From Candidatus Micrarchaeota archaeon (lineage in GTDB: Archaea; Micrarchaeota; Micrarchaeia; Burarchaeales; JBFMAP01): a stretch of DNA of 24,000 nucleotides. Numbering within the stretch: position 1 is the stretch's first letter; every line of letters starts with the position of its first letter. The DNA lies in NCBI GenBank assembly GCA_040755655.1, contig JBFMAP010000002.1:1398-25397 (forward strand). The letters are read 5' to 3'. The position numbers were made by a program, and so were the translations under genes. Below are positions 23,892-24,000 of the stretch, in pieces. The notes under the pieces were generated by a model that was not told where the DNA came from, did no database searches, and saw nothing but the letters and a program-made list of their open reading frames with translations.

Positions 23892-24000
23892 ATGGAAAAT
23901 GGAAGGAATGAATTGAATGGGTTGAATGAATGTAAATGTGAGAGACGTACAGACCGAAATACTGGAAGGTGTTTGGTTTACAGGCAGAATGAAGGATGCG
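23892..24000 (+). CDS. possible 5' end of a gene running off the window
   Basis: ATG at 23892 is preceded by gggggtga, and the frame is open to the window end (MENGRNELNGLNECKCERRTDRNTGRCLVYRQNEGC). Too short to judge. Confidence 0.25.
   Translation, partial: MENGRNELNGLNECKCERRTDRNTGRCLVYRQNEGC

Overview
This is an archaeal chromosomal window. The evidence is archaeal SSU/LSU sequence blocks, an archaeal-type PEP carboxylase, and TATA-box promoters about 25 nt upstream of start codons. All work was by eye, so rRNA and intron coordinates are good to only a few nt.

**Left third (1-8.6 kb), ordinary genes:**
- an FAD-dependent dehydrogenase fragment
- a two-gene radical-SAM operon
- a tandem Lrp/AsnC regulator
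- tRNA-Pro(UGG)
- ppcA
- Nudix and GNAT genes
- an AAA+ ATPase

**Centre (8.67-16.6 kb, minus strand):** a 16S - tRNA-Ala - 23S operon with no 5S, and it is very heavily interrupted.
- The 16S locus spans about 3946 nt, but only about 1.5 kb is canonical SSU sequence. At least 12 insertions split normally contiguous conserved blocks. Three are 573-714 nt introns encoding double-motif LAGLIDADG endonucleases. Nine are ORF-less 30-216 nt hairpins.
- The 23S locus (about 3.5 kb) carries at least 11 ORF-less insertions. Several lie in peptidyl-transferase-centre sequence. Three are near-identical copies of one 29-31 nt GC-hairpin/oligo-U element.
- The spacer tRNA-Ala has a 24-nt anticodon-loop intron and a 150-nt T-loop insertion.

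**Right third:**
- a triple zinc-ribbon protein
- two divergent tandem paralogs with a DUF4145/HEPN-like C-terminus
- hisC
- a PadR-alaX operon divergent from a tiny Cys-rich protein
- an archaeal-type ATPase

The rRNA operon is the most unusual thing here. I saw no CRISPR array, transposase or integrase.
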